NCBI GenBank assembly: GCA_030390025.1
Contig: CM059433.1
Coordinates: 10,356,001-10,420,000 of the forward strand
DNA length: 64,000 bases
Direction of reading: 5' to 3'
DNA from: Squalus acanthias
Taxonomy: Eukaryota
Shown here: one piece after another, positions 25,057 to 36,699 of the stretch
Layout: each line of letters begins with the position of its first letter
Numbering within the stretch: the first letter of the stretch is position 1
The notes under the pieces: model-generated
Database searches by the model: none
The model's input: the letters and a program-made list of their open reading frames with translations, nothing else
What the model was told of the DNA's origin: nothing
Program-made: the position numbers and the translations under genes

Positions 25057-25800
25057 GGGCCGTATTTTGCGACCCCTACGAGGTGCGTAAGCGCCCGTAG
25101 GGGCTGCGCAAGTGCCGGGTTTAGGCGCGCGAAGAGCATGCGCCGAAACCCGGCACTTGCGATCTGCCAAGAATTCTCTTGACAGATCCGCCGCATGCCC
25201 AAGAAAAGTGCCTCTGCGGGTGGAGAGTTGGGATTTTTGCTCAACTTCCGCCAGCTGAAAGGCCTGTCAAAATCTTACGCCTGGTAAAAGCAGCCGTAAG
25301 GCCTGTTTTTACCAGCATAAGAGTTTTTAAAAATAGAAAAATAAAATTTTATCACTCATTTATAAATAAAAAATATTCTTCAAAAAGTGACGTTTATTTT
25401 TAGCCCCGTAAAAACATTTAATTTTTTTCCCCAAAAATATTTAATTAAATGGCATTTTAATTAATTTTAAATATGTAATGTTTTTAAAAAAATTATTTCA
25501 TGTGTTGGTGTATTTTTTAAGTGATCCCCGTTCATACTTTTGACCGTTCCGTACGTATGGACCTGTCAAAAGTATGAATGGGGATTCCCTTCTTTTATTG
25601 GTTGGGCCGGCCCACGTGATCCCAGGAGCGCCTACGAACCGCCTGCGCCCCTGGGATACGTGGGGCTCTGCCCGCGCGGACCCGGAGAGGCCCAGGAGCG
25701 CAAGCCGCCATTCTCCCCGGGCCACCGGGTACTTTGGTAGACATTTTGCCGGTCGGAGGTGTCCAGCCCGCGGGAAGCCTCCGATCGCCAAGGTTGGCCC
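25057..25800. mobile_element. MITE family B copy 2 (inverted relative to copy 1)
   Basis: Reverse complement of 13476-14183; GGGCC/GGCCC termini. Confidence 0.9.
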
Positions 25801-26100
25801 AATATTTCACATGCAACCGAAAACAGTAAAGCCAGTGGTGCAACATGAAAGATCAATACAAATTCCGGCTGCATGGCATCTCTTAATAAGTAAGCAAGTG
25901 TTCCCAGGTTTGATCCCCACTCTGTGCTGAGTTAACTGATCTCAATCAGGGAGACAGTGGGAGTGCGACAATTGGCTTTAGTGCCCATGTGGGTTTGGGA
26001 ATTTAAAAAAAATTCAGAGTTTTTGCAACTGATTGTTTTTCAGAATCCAGTGCCTGAAAGCGTGCGTGGATAGACATTGGGTGAAGACAGAATGAGGCTC

Positions 26101-26710
26101 ATAAGAACATAAGAACATAAGAAATAGGTGCAGGAGTAGGCCAATCGGCCCCTCGAGCCTGCTCCGCCATTCAATAAGATCATGGCTGATCTGATCCTAA
26201 CCTCAAATCTAAAGAACACAAGAAGTAGGAGCAGGACCAGGCCACTCAGCCCCTGGGCCCGCTCCGCCACCCACAGGGCCCTGACCGATCCGAACTCAGC
26301 CTCATGTCCAATTTCCTGCCCGCTCACCGTAACCCCTAATTCCCTTTACTCCTAGGAAACTGTCTATTTCTGTTTTAAATTTATTTAATGATGTAGCTTC
26401 CACAGCTTCCTGGGGCAGCAAATTCCACAGACCTACTACCCTCTGAGTGAAGAAGTTTCTCCTCATCTCAGTTTTGAAAGAGCAGCCCCTTATTCTAAGA
26501 TTATGCCCCCTAGTTCTAGTTTCACCCATCCTTGGGAACATCCTTACCGCATCCACCCGATCAAGCCCCTTCACAATCTTATATGTTTCAATAAGATCGC
26601 CTCTCATTCTTCTGAACTCCAATGAGTAGAGTCCCAATCTGCTCAACCTCTCCTCATATGTCCACCCCCTCATCCCCGGGATTAACCGAGTGAACCTTCT
26701 TTGTACTGCT
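26101..26710 (-). mobile_element. CR1 LINE 3' fragment with tandemly duplicated 3' UTR
   Basis: AVQRRFTRLIPGMRG...TRGHNLRIRG; two successive UTR/tail modules (26101-26205 and 26212-26305). Confidence 0.9.
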
Positions 26711-27588
26711 CGGGTATGGTGCCCCTCTTTGGATTGCCTGCTGACACCATCTGGGCTCACGTGAAGAATGCGGACCCGGATGAACGGCTGCATGGACAGC
26801 TGCTCCATGAAGCCCTACACGAGCACAGGCTAACGGTTTCAGGAGAGGAGGACGGGGTAAATTGGAGGCACGAAACGAAAGGATTTACGGCATCTTTTCA
26901 ATGGTTTTTTTTCCCCCCCACGGGAATGTTTAATTTAACAGGAATTGAACCTGAGATACATTAGCGTCAAAGGTATAGCATCGAAAAGCTGCTCCACAGG
27001 CAGTTTCTGAATTTAACAACTCATGAAGGTTATTGCATCACAGAGTTGACACAATCTGTCTCGTTTAAAAAAACAAGTAAGAAGGAAAATATTAGAAGCA
27101 GCTGTCCACAGCATTTATGGTACCATTCTAATTCGTATTTAAATTAGAAAAATGAGGTTAGGGTACAGGCAGTTCCACTAAATAACACGTCTTATAAGAA
27201 CACATTCCACTCAAGAACAGATTTTATCATTTTTTCCTGCTTTCATTCTTCTCTCACCCCAATGTTGTCCCATTCTCTCCTGCAGGTACTAAATCTGAAT
27301 CAGGAACAGTTCCACAGGCAGACGAGCTTTCCAGGACCCCACCCAATGGCCAGTCTACATGTGTCCACTAGACAGAGAAGGTTGGCAGACTATTTGACTG
27401 CAGAGAGCACTACAGCCAGGCCTTGTCCTGGTGGTCACCCGACATCCACAAATGTACATTTTCCACTCGGACTCACTGGAACGGTAATCAGAAGTTTGAA
27501 ACCCTGATTGATTTTCACTTTCCTTGCCCATGGGCACTGAGGCCAACTGTATGGCACACCGCCACCTCAACGGAGGTCAGCACAATAT

Positions 27589-27765
27589 GGTGCAGATCTT
27601 GACTTTGCGGGATAGTGTAAAACAGGTGATAGCGAGTCGGCAGCCCCTTTTACATCCCTGCCGATTTTTATTGACTATGGAAATAAAAATTGGGAGAGAT
27701 GTAAAATAAGCAGCCAGCTCGCTATCATCCATTTTACACCATCCCACAAAGTCATGATTTACCCC
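27589..27765. mobile_element. Short palindromic MITE
   Basis: Whole element is an imperfect inverted repeat; same family as 36151-36335. Confidence 0.8.
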
Positions 27766-28029
27766 GGTGTCTCTTAGCGGCCAGATAGGAGAAGACAGTG
27801 CGCTGCAATAAAAGTCCGACAAAAGAATCTTGCCTCGAACATTCCTTGTTCACTATCAGAAAAATGAAACACTGTCTGACTGTCAGGCATATCATCAACG
27901 CTGTCAGAAAAACAGAAAGCCAATCCCATGAATGGTGGAAAGGATGACAAGTTCTCAGCACTGTCTCTTTTAAAGTTACACCCGCACACGTTGAAAAATA
28001 CACCGCATACGCACATCCACTGTGGAATC

Positions 28030-28750
28030 AGAGAATCATGGACGAAGAGGACGGAAAAGAAAATTGGGCAGAGAGCAAACAGACTGGCCTGGAATACAAA
28101 GGGGAGGAAGTTGTGCCTCAGTCGTGCAGAGCCTTGGTCAGAACCCTATCTGGAGTAACTCCGTTCTACTCTGGGCCCCGCAACTCAGGAAGGATCTGTT
28201 GGCCTTGGTGTGGGTACAGTGCAGATTCGCCAGAATTATACAGCCTGATTCCTGGGATGGCAGGACTGTCGTACGAGGAGAGATTGGGTCGACTAGGCCT
28301 GTATTCACCAGAGTTTAGAAGAATGAGAGGGGATCTCATTGAAACGTATACAATTCTGACAGGGCTAGACAGACTGGATGCAGGGAGGATGCTTCCCCTG
28401 GCTGGGGGGAGTCTAGAACACGGGGTCACAGTCTCAGGATACGGGGTAGGACATTTAGGACTGAGATGAGGAGAAATTTCTTCACTCAGAGGGTGGGGAA
28501 CCTGTGGAATTCTCTACCACAGAAGGCTGTGGAGGCCAAGTCACTGGATATATTTAAGAAGGAGATAGATAGATTTCTAGACACAAAAGGCATCAAGGGG
28601 TATGGGGAGAGAGCGGGAATATGATATTGAGATAGAGGATCAGCCATGATCATATTGAATGGCGGAGCAGGCTCGAAGGGCCGAATGGCCTACTCCTGCT
28701 CCTATTTTTCTATGTTTCTATACCAGGGTTAAATTATAAGGACAGGTTGC
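28030..28750 (+). mobile_element. Old CR1 fragment containing a young CR1 insertion (about 28241-28720)
   Basis: Young part nearly identical to 20333-20820; tatac duplicated at both junctions. Confidence 0.85.
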
Positions 28751-29237
28751 AATAAGAAAGAAAGAAGGAATTGCATTTATATAGCGCCTTTCACGACCAC
28801 CGGACGTCCCAAAGCACTTTACAGCCAATTAAGTACTTTTTTGGTGTGTAGTCACTGTTGTAATGTGGGAAACGCGGCTACCAATTTGCGTTCAGCAAGC
28901 TCCCACAAACAGCAATGTGATAATGACCAGATAATCTGTTTCTGTTATGTTGGTTGAGGGACAAATAATGGCCCCAGGACACCGGGGATAACTCCCCTGC
29001 TCTTCTTCGAAATAGGGCCATGGGGATCTTTTACGTCCACCTGAGAGAGAGCAGACGGGGCCTCGGTTTAACATCTCATCCAAAAGACGGCACCTCCGAC
29101 AGTGCGGCACTCCCTCAGCACTGCACTGGGAGTGTCAGCCTAGCTTTATGTGCTCAAGTCCCTGGAGTGGGGACTGTGAACCCACAACCTTCTGACTCAG
29201 AGGCGAGTGTGCTGACCCACTGAGCCACAGCTGACAC
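28751..29237 (-). mobile_element. Full-length Deu-domain SINE
   Basis: Reverse complement of 18382-18862 including the tRNA-like head. Confidence 0.9.
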
Positions 29238-29269
29238 TACTTGCCTTGTATTTCCTTAAATGAGAAAAG

Positions 29270-29605
29270 GATTCGATAGGTTAGATACAGAGAAGCTATT
29301 CCTTTGGTGGGGTTATCCAGAACAAGGGGGTACAATCTTAAAACTAGAGCCAGGCCATTGAAGAGTGAAATCAGGAAGTACTTTTTTACATAAAGGGTAG
29401 TGGAAATCTGGAATCCTCTCCCCAGAAGGCTGTGGATGCTGGGGGTCAATTGAAATTTTCAAGACTGAGATCAACATGTTTTTATTAGGTGAGGGTATTA
29501 AGGGATATGGATCAAAGGCGAGTTGAAGTACAGATCAGTACATGATCTGATTGAATGGCAGAACCGGCCTGAGGGGCTGAATGGCCTAATCCTGTTCCTA
29601 TGTAT
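29270..29605 (+). mobile_element. CR1 3' fragment
   Basis: Homologous to the reverse complement of 50123-50460. Confidence 0.8.
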
Positions 29606-31309
29606 CTCCATGAACAATGTTAAATATGTTCTGGAGATGACAGCATTTTATGAACAAGAACAGGCAATAAAACGGTCAGTGCAGGAGAGAAACAGATCAC
29701 AGTTACATCTGATGTTGGACCGCTTTGTGAACAGGGTCTCGGGTAAGGCAACCTCTTGGGGGCAGGGGGGAGGGGAAGAAAGAGAGACATGCTTTCCTGA
29801 AAGGAAGTAGAGAAAGAAATGTTGCTTTCTTGCAGGCAATTCCCAAGAGATCCAAGACCTTTTGGCTCCCAATTATACACATACGTGATACCTCCCCCTC
29901 GCTCTCTCCCTCTCTCTTTGCATCACTCCCACCTGCACGTTTCCAGGGAGACAGTGTCTGAATTGTACCTCTGTATCTCTTAAACTGTTCGCCAGGGTTT
30001 AAAACAGCTGCCCTGGAGTTAAAAGACTGCCATGAAACCCAGAGGAAAAGAAGTTCATAATATATATATATCTAATAATTTGCCTGAAAAACTATATAAA
30101 TACAAGCAAGTTAGCTCTTTCCACAGAATGCTTGATTATCACTGTCCATTAAACACCACAGTGAATAATTTGAGAAATTTACCAATGTGACTGGTGTAAT
30201 TTGTGCTAGAGTTCACATTCTGAGTAAAGTAGACAGAACAGATTCCATATTTCTTTGTGAAATACCACTTCTTGAGTTGGCCTAGTGCCACAGCTCAGTG
30301 TTGCGCTCGTAAGGCGGGGCTCAAGGTTCTCCTGGTAACCTCTGATACGAGTTCTTGATCCCAGCAAGGCTATCTTGGGGAGCTTTTACAATTGGTACTT
30401 CTGTAGTTCAGGCTGCGAGCGCACATAGTCAGTGCACATGCTTCCTGTGCTTACATTCTGAAAACATTAGCCCACCAGCAGAATCAAAGACCCACACAAA
30501 TGTAGCTCTACGATTTTGCCCTCAGGATCGGGAGGGCTCTCACATGAAGAATGAATTACATGGAAATTACAGCACGGAAAACAGCCCTATTCGGCCCAAC
30601 AGCTCCGCGCCGGGGTGTTCATGCTCCACCTGAGCCTCCTCCCACCCTACTTCATCTAACCCCAAACAAAATAGAGTGTGAACAATTAAATTAAACTAAA
30701 TAAACCGGTATCAGAAGGTGCCGGCACCCTTGTATCCAAATCTACGCAAGAGTCAGCACATTTCAAAAATAGTGGAGGACAAAAAAAGAGAAAATTGGGT
30801 GCAGTGAATAAAAGAAATTAAGACAGAAAAATGATAAAATCTGTTCTTCAGTGGAATGTGTTCTTCTGAGCCTTGTTAAGTGGAACTGCTTGTACTCGAT
30901 TCTTATTTTTCCACTTTAAATGCTAATCATTATATTGGACCATACATACTTTGGACAGCTGCTTCTGATATTCCCCTCCGTGTTTGCCTTTACTCCATTT
31001 CCATTGTTCTTCCTCTTGCCAGATTTTCTTCCCTCCTGGTGAAGGCGTCCACTTCTTGCTGGGGTACAAATGCGTAATTGCCAAGCCCAAGTGACAATTA
31101 TTTACACGTGAGCCTTGACAGTGAGTATTGGGCAGGCAACCTGACCTTTGGTTGGCATTGCAGCCAATCCCAATTCTGCCCTCACCCGATACCCCACACA
31201 GCACTTTTTTCACCAGGCACTGCTGAATCGTGATCAGGATAGGAAATCCTGGCTGATTTTCCCCTTCCTAACCCAGGAGTGCTGACGCTTGTCGTAGTGT
31301 CCCTACGCA

Positions 31310-31873
31310 CCTGGAGTACCGCGTGCAGTTTTGGTCTCCTTATTTAAGGGAGGCGATACTTGCATTGGAGGCAGTTCAGTGAAGGTTCACGAGGTTGATT
31401 CCGGAGATGAGGGGTTCTCTTATGAAGAGAGGTTGAGCAGGTTGGGCCTATACTCATTGGAGTTTAGAAGAATGAGAGGTGATCTTATTGAAACATATAA
31501 GATTCTGAAGGGGCTCGACAGGGTAGATGCAGAGAGGATGTTTCCCCTCATGGGGGAATCTAGAACTAGGGGGCATAATTTCAGAATAAGGGGGCACCCT
31601 TTTAAATCAGAAATGAGGAGGAATTTCTTCTCTCAGAGGATCGTGAATCTTTGGAATTCTCTTCCCCAGAGAGCTGTGGAGGCTGGGTCATTGAATATAT
31701 TTAAGGTGGAGATAGACAGATTTTTGAAAGGTAAGGAAGTCAATGGTTATGGGGAGCGGGCAGGGAAGTGGAGTTGAGGCCAAGATCAGATCAGCCATGA
31801 TCTTATTGAATGGTGGAGCGGGCTCGAGCGGCAAAATGACCTACTCCTGCTCCTTATGTCTTATGTTCTTATG
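31310..31873 (+). mobile_element. CR1 3' fragment inserted into an old SINE
   Basis: FSYEERLSRLGLYSLEFRRMRGDLIETYKIL...; (TTATGTTC) tail. Confidence 0.9.
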
Positions 31874-32264
31874 TACTGCTGAGATCAGCTAACTCAACAC
31901 AGACTGTGCATTAAACTTGGAACACTCATGGACCCCTTGGCTCTGATACTCACTGGATAAACTCACTGAGTCATCAGAGGCGTCCTTCAGAATAACAATG
32001 TTATTGTTCCGGGAGATTTTTATCATTCACTTATGGATTGGGACAGAGAGGGAGTAAATGGAGAAAAGGGAATGGAATTCCTAAAATGTGTACAGGATTC
32101 CTTCCTCAAGTGGTATGTTAGCAGGCCTACAAGGGCGGAGGTGTTGCTAGATGTGGTTATGAGTAATGTGTGAGGTAGATGTGCTATGACGTAAATAGGA
32201 CTCCGGTTGCCATTTTAGGGTGTAACTGGTCAGAGCCTGCGCCGTGCACACTTTGATCAGTTCC

Positions 32265-33070
32265 AACAACAACAACAACAACTTGTATTTAGATAGTTCC
32301 TTCAACATAGTAAAACATCCTAAATCACTTCACAGAAGTGTTATAAGACAACAATTTTGACACCGAGGCTACATAAGGAGAAATTAGGGCAGGTGACCAA
32401 AAGCTTGGTCAAAGAGGTAGCTTTTAAGAAGCGTCTTAAAGGAGGAAAGAGAAGCAGAAAGGTTTAGGGAGGGAGTTCCAGAGCTTAGGGCCCAGGCAGC
32501 GGAAGGCATGGCCACTGATGTAAGAAAACTACTAGGCACTTGGTCTAAGCGTTAAACAAAGCTTTAATCAACTGTTTTTCAACATGAAGGTCTAGTTGTG
32601 TCCTTCACTAGTTCCTGTTAAAGAATGTCCTGAGCAAGCTGGGCCCATGCCCGAGTATTTATACTCTCCCTGGACAGCGCCACCAGCAGGCCGCCCAGTA
32701 TTATGTCATAAGTCATTTCCCATGAATGACAAGATTCATGTCAGCCACCATTGGTTGAGCGATTATAATCAGGGATGCTCAAGAGGGCAGAATTAGAGGA
32801 GCGCAGATATCTCGGGGGGTTGTGGGGCTGAAGCAGATTACAGAGATAGGAAGGGGCGAGGCCATGGAGGGATTGGAAAACAAGGATGAGAATTTTAAAA
32901 TCGAGGCATTGTTTAACCGGGAACCAATGTAGGTCAGCGAGCACAGGGGTGATGGGCGAACGGGACTTGGTGCGAGTTAGGACACGGGCAGCCCGAGTTT
33001 TGGATGACCTCGAGTATAGGTAGGGTAGGGCGTGGGTGGCCGGCCAGGAGTGTGTTGGAATAGTCAAGTC
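32265..33070 (-). mobile_element. L2 3' fragment split by a solo LTR
   Basis: AARVLTRTKSRSPITPVLADLHW...; (CAA)n tail; sequence is continuous once 32516-32748 is removed. Confidence 0.9.
32516..32743 (-). mobile_element. Solo LTR (228 bp), 5-bp TSD GCCAC
   Basis: TG...CA termini; GCCAC at 32511-32515 and 32744-32748; TATAAATA and ATTAAA on the minus strand; second copy at 36497. Confidence 0.9.
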
Positions 33071-33521
33071 CCACGGGCGATGGAACAGAAGAGGCCTGCC
33101 AAAGGTAAATTTTGAATTATTTTTGTGGACCCCAGAGTTCCCCGGTATCCCTGACCCTCCTCGATCATGATTCCCCCCCCTTCCCACCACAACTTACCTT
33201 GCTGGCAGCTGCCCCGGCCCAGTCTTAAGGCTTCAATCTGCCGCGCTGCATCGGGACACCTGTTTGGCTCACCGCAGCTTGCCTGCCAAATTTAAATGAG
33301 GCCGGGTCCTTCAAAATCAAAGGCGGGGCTCGTCACCACTGGAACAAGTGACCAACCAGTACGCTCCGCTGGTCGATCACGTGAAAGTTAAGATCAACCC
33401 CATAGAATTCTTTGAGGAGGTAACAGACATGGTAGATGGGGCAAATGCAGTGGATGTAGTCTGCATAGACTTTAGGAAAGCCTTTGACAAGGTGCCACAT
33501 GGGAGATTACTACAGAAGATT

Positions 33522-33930
33522 GGAGTTTAGAAGAATGAGAGGTGATCTCATTGAAACATACAAGATTCTGAAGGGGATTGACAGGGTAGATGCTGAGAGG
33601 TTGTTTCCCCCTGGCTGGAGTGTCTAGAACTAGGGGGCATAGTCTCAAGATAAGGGGTCAGCCATTTAAGACCGAGATGAGGAGGAATTTCTTCACTCAG
33701 AGGGTTGTGAATCTTTGGAATTCCCTGCCCCAGAGGGCTGTGAATGCTGAGTCTTTGAGTACATTCAAGGCTGAGATAGATAGATTTTTGGACTCTAGGG
33801 GAATCAAGGGATATGGAGATCGGGCTGGAAAGTGGAGCTGAGGTCGAAGATCAGCCATGATCTTATTGAATGGCGGAGCAGGCTCAAGGGGCCTGTATGG
33901 CCTACTCCTGCTCTTATTTCTTATGTTCTT
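33522..33930 (+). mobile_element. Young CR1 3' fragment, TSD AAGATT
   Basis: aagatt at 33516-33521 and 33931-33936; TRGHSLKIRGQPFKTEMRRNFF. Confidence 0.9.
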
Positions 33931-34009
33931 AAGATTAAGGTGTATAGAATTAGGGGAGGATAGCACACTGGATTAAAAGTTGGTTAGAAGGGAGGAAACA
34001 GAGAGTAAG

Positions 34010-34858
34010 GCTGGGATCTTACCTGAAGAGGCGCGCTGGGGGCGGGACTGCAGCCTTTCGGGTTCTAGTCCCGCCCCCAGCAACGTCCGACGCACGGACG
34101 ATATTTTGCGTCAATTGGCCTTGTTCAGCCCGCCCTGCGGGCTTGCCGGCCAATTAAGAGAAAGCCGGTGTCAGGTGACGTCAGTTGATGATGCTTCATC
34201 TGCCAGTTTTCTTAAAGGGGCCACTACCATTTCTTTTTGACGGATGATTTTTTCAGTGTTTGACAGCATTGAGGTGCTGCAAACACTGACAATCACTGTA
34301 CAAAGGTGAGCCCTTGCACCTAAAACAGATGGCAGCTGCAGGTGAGTTTACAGAAGCGATCTGTCACTGGTGAGAGAGGCTCTCCCAATGAGGTGGGACT
34401 ACACAAGCACTTCAAAGCTTGTCACGTACAGAAAAATCTAGACACATTAAAAATGACTTTCCCAACATTTTCTTACCTCTGCAACTCACCAGTGTTCCAT
34501 TGGATCCTTCACACCACTTCTGCAGCTGTCATCTACACACAAACATTACAACAGACCCACAGCACGCCACACTTACCCTGGAGGAGTTTCCCGACGTTGG
34601 GAAGCCCGCAGTAGAAGTGTCAAAATTGGAAAAAGCCTCTTAACTGCCTGTTAACTACCTGTTAACAGGCAGTTAAGTGGCTATATTCCTCTTCCTGCCA
34701 CTAGGAGTCGGGTCCCAGCGCAAATCGGGGACCCGACTCCCGGGAAGATTGATTGGAGGCGGGTTGGAAGTGGGTTCGGGACCCGTTGCCAATCTTTTTG
34801 ATTTTGCCAGCAGTCCCGTCTCCAAACCCGACCCCTGAGCGCTGGCAAAATCGCCCCC
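34010..34858. mobile_element. Non-autonomous Harbinger-like element
   Basis: Interrupts the CR1 between gagagta and ggagtt; GC-rich hairpin subterminals (ggcgggttggaagtgggttcgggacccg, like 24240); ends aaaatcgccccc. Confidence 0.5.
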
Positions 34859-34960
34859 GAGGAGTTAAGAGCAGTTTTTCAGAGTGATTGGAAGTGGATA
34901 GTGGTGTTCCAAAGGTTCCAGTTCTGGGGCCACTTCTGTTCACTGTGCATATCAATAATG

Positions 34961-35160
34961 ATGTGGAGATGCCGGTGTTGGACTGGGGTGGACAAAAGTG
35001 AGAAGTCGCACAACACCAGGTTATAGTCCAACAGCTTTATTTGAAATCACGAGCTTTCGGAGCGCTCCTCCTTCACCTGACGAAGGAGCAGCCGCTCCGA
35101 AAGCTTGTGATTTCAAATAAAGCTGTTGGACTATAACCTGGTGTTGTGCGACTTCTCACA
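34961..35160 (-). mobile_element. Penelope-like hairpin mini-element, 12-bp TSD
   Basis: Inverted repeat 34998-35159 plus a ~38-nt unpaired tail on the left; ATATCAATAATG at 34949-34960 and 35162-35173. Confidence 0.85.
35073..35110 (+). ncRNA. Minimal type I hammerhead ribozyme motif
   Basis: TCAC CTGACGA a GGAGC agcc GCTCC GAAAG CTT GTGA: stem I TCAC/GTGA, intact CUGANGA and GAAA core, 5-bp stem II, loopless palindromic stem III (AGCT). Confidence 0.75.
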
Positions 35161-35845
35161 TATATCAATAATGTGGATATAGGGAGTGATATCAAAATTT
35201 GAAGATCATACCAAAACGCGAGGCATAGTTAATTCTTCTGGAAAACCAAAGGAAGCTGCAAAGGGGATATTAACAAGATGGCTAATAGGCTAAAATGTTG
35301 CAGATGGAATTTAATGTCAGGTAGTGTGAGGTGATACATTTTGGTGAAAAAAATAACAGCAGTAATAATACTCTGAATGGAATTAGGCTCAGTGGTGTGA
35401 AAAAGCAGAAGAATTTGAGGGTGCAAGATCACAGGACATTAAAGGCAGCATCAGGGTGATAAGGCTGTAAAAAAAATTCTAAGGGAAGTCTCCACAGACT
35501 TTACACAGAGAGTTGTAAGGCTGCGGATCTCACTTCTTAGATTAGTGGTTCAGGCAAAAACTATGTCAACATTCAAGGTTAGACTGGATAGGTGGATGAA
35601 GGAAAATAGGTTGAAGGGATATGGGAACAGGGTGGGTAAATGTAATTAGGACTATTTGCTTGTGTGAAGGATAAACACTGACATGGACTGGTTGGTTCAA
35701 ATGATCTGTTACTGTGTTGTAACTTCTATGTATCTATGCATTCGATGTATTTCTTAACCGTCTTTGTTTTAAATGTTTTATCCCTTTAATATTTAGTTTT
35801 CCCTTTTGTCTTCTGTGTCCCATTTTCTTCTTTGCAATGTTACAG

Positions 35846-35935
35846 ATGAAACACTTGGTGAAATGTCATCAAGAGAACAAGTTCTCATGAAAGAAAACAT
35901 ATTCCACGAGGAGAGATCTGGCAGAGCCCTTGCAG
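35846..35935 (+). CDS. Candidate 90-bp phase 1-1 exon (unverified)
   Basis: Long polypyrimidine tract ending tgttacag; donor CAG|GTGTGG; open frame ETLGEMSSREQVLMKENIFHEERSGRALA; no homology recognised. Confidence 0.2.
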
Positions 35936-36150
35936 GTGTGGGCTGGTGAGAGACTGTTATTGTAGCAGGGGGGCCGAGTGGGGAGTTGGGAAAGGTCAGG
36001 GCTTCACTGACACAGAACATATCAGGACAAGTCGCAAAGGCAAAGACTTTATTGGTGTTTCGTAAGGTTAAGATGGGGAGGAAAACATTGGCTGGTACTA
36101 AAATTACTATTTTGTTTGAAATGCAGTTATTCACATGTTCATGACATATT

Positions 36151-36335
36151 GGGGGTATATTTTGACTTTGTACGATAGTGTACAACGGGTGATAGTGAAT
36201 CGGCAACCCATTTTACATCTCTCTCGATTTTTACTTCTATTGACTTCAATGGAAATAAAGATGGGGAGAGATGTTAAACAGGCTGCCAACTCGCTATCAC
36301 TCCTTTTACACTATCGCACAGTCAAAATTACCCCC
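36151..36335. mobile_element. Short palindromic MITE, 3-bp TSD ATT
   Basis: GGGGGTA...TACCCCC termini, ATT on both sides, full-length hairpin centred on attgacttcaat. Confidence 0.85.
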
Positions 36336-36496
36336 ATTGTCACTTCATACTGTAACACTTTCTTCAAAGCAGCTATCTTTGCATCTGAATTGTGTGTGGT
36401 ACTACTTTAAAACAGTCATATCTATGTATGCTACCACTGTTAAGAAAAGATAGTGGCAGAGTGCCTTTCCTAATAGTTATATATGTAGAAAGGGGA

Positions 36497-36699
36497 TGAT
36501 GTAAGAAAACGACTAGGCACTTGGTCTAAGCGTTAAACAAAGCTTTAATCAACTGTTTTACAACATGGAGGTCTCGTTGTGTCCTTCACTAGTTCCTGTT
36601 AAGAATGTCCTGCGCAAGCTGGGCCCGTGCCCGAGTATTTATACTCTCCCTGGACAGCGCCACCTGCAGGCCACTCAGTATTATTTCAGATTCATGTCA
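36497..36699 (-). mobile_element. Solo LTR (203 bp), 5-bp TSD GGGGA
   Basis: Same family as 32516-32743; GGGGA at 36492-36496 and 36700-36704. Confidence 0.9.
36655..36673 (-). promoter_or_regulatory. CTCF-like site inside the LTR
   Basis: Minus strand TGGCCTGCAGGTGGCGCTG versus consensus TGGCCACCAGGGGGCGCTA. Confidence 0.6.

Larger units (their letters stand above)
33390..35735 (+). mobile_element. Old CR1 RT region fragmented by three nested insertions
   Basis: EFFEEVTDMVDGANAVDVVCIDFRKAFDKVPHGRLL (33405-33520); ggtgttcc...gttctggggccac (GVP..SVLGP) near 34902; CR1 3' end to about 35735. Confidence 0.8.

Noticed and set aside
27763..27802. Minus-strand exon RTVFSYLAAKRHRG
   Set aside because: Its donor site is supplied by the terminus of the MITE at 27589-27765; no other support.
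30950..31060. Purine-rich minus-strand exon candidate
   Set aside because: Weak acceptor, and part of it (aatatcagaagcagctgtcca) recurs near 27088, suggesting repeat origin.
32672..32681. REST/RE1 site (GGACAGCGCC) in the LTR
   Set aside because: Only the right half-site is present; no TCAGCACC left half at canonical spacing.
35793..36206. 137-aa minus-strand ORF
   Set aside because: Begins in a MITE; no domain recognised; splice signals fit the plus strand better.
32516..36699. Full-length LTR retrotransposon bounded by the two LTRs
   Set aside because: Each LTR has its own distinct 5-bp TSD, and the interval holds L2/CR1 sequence rather than gag-pol.
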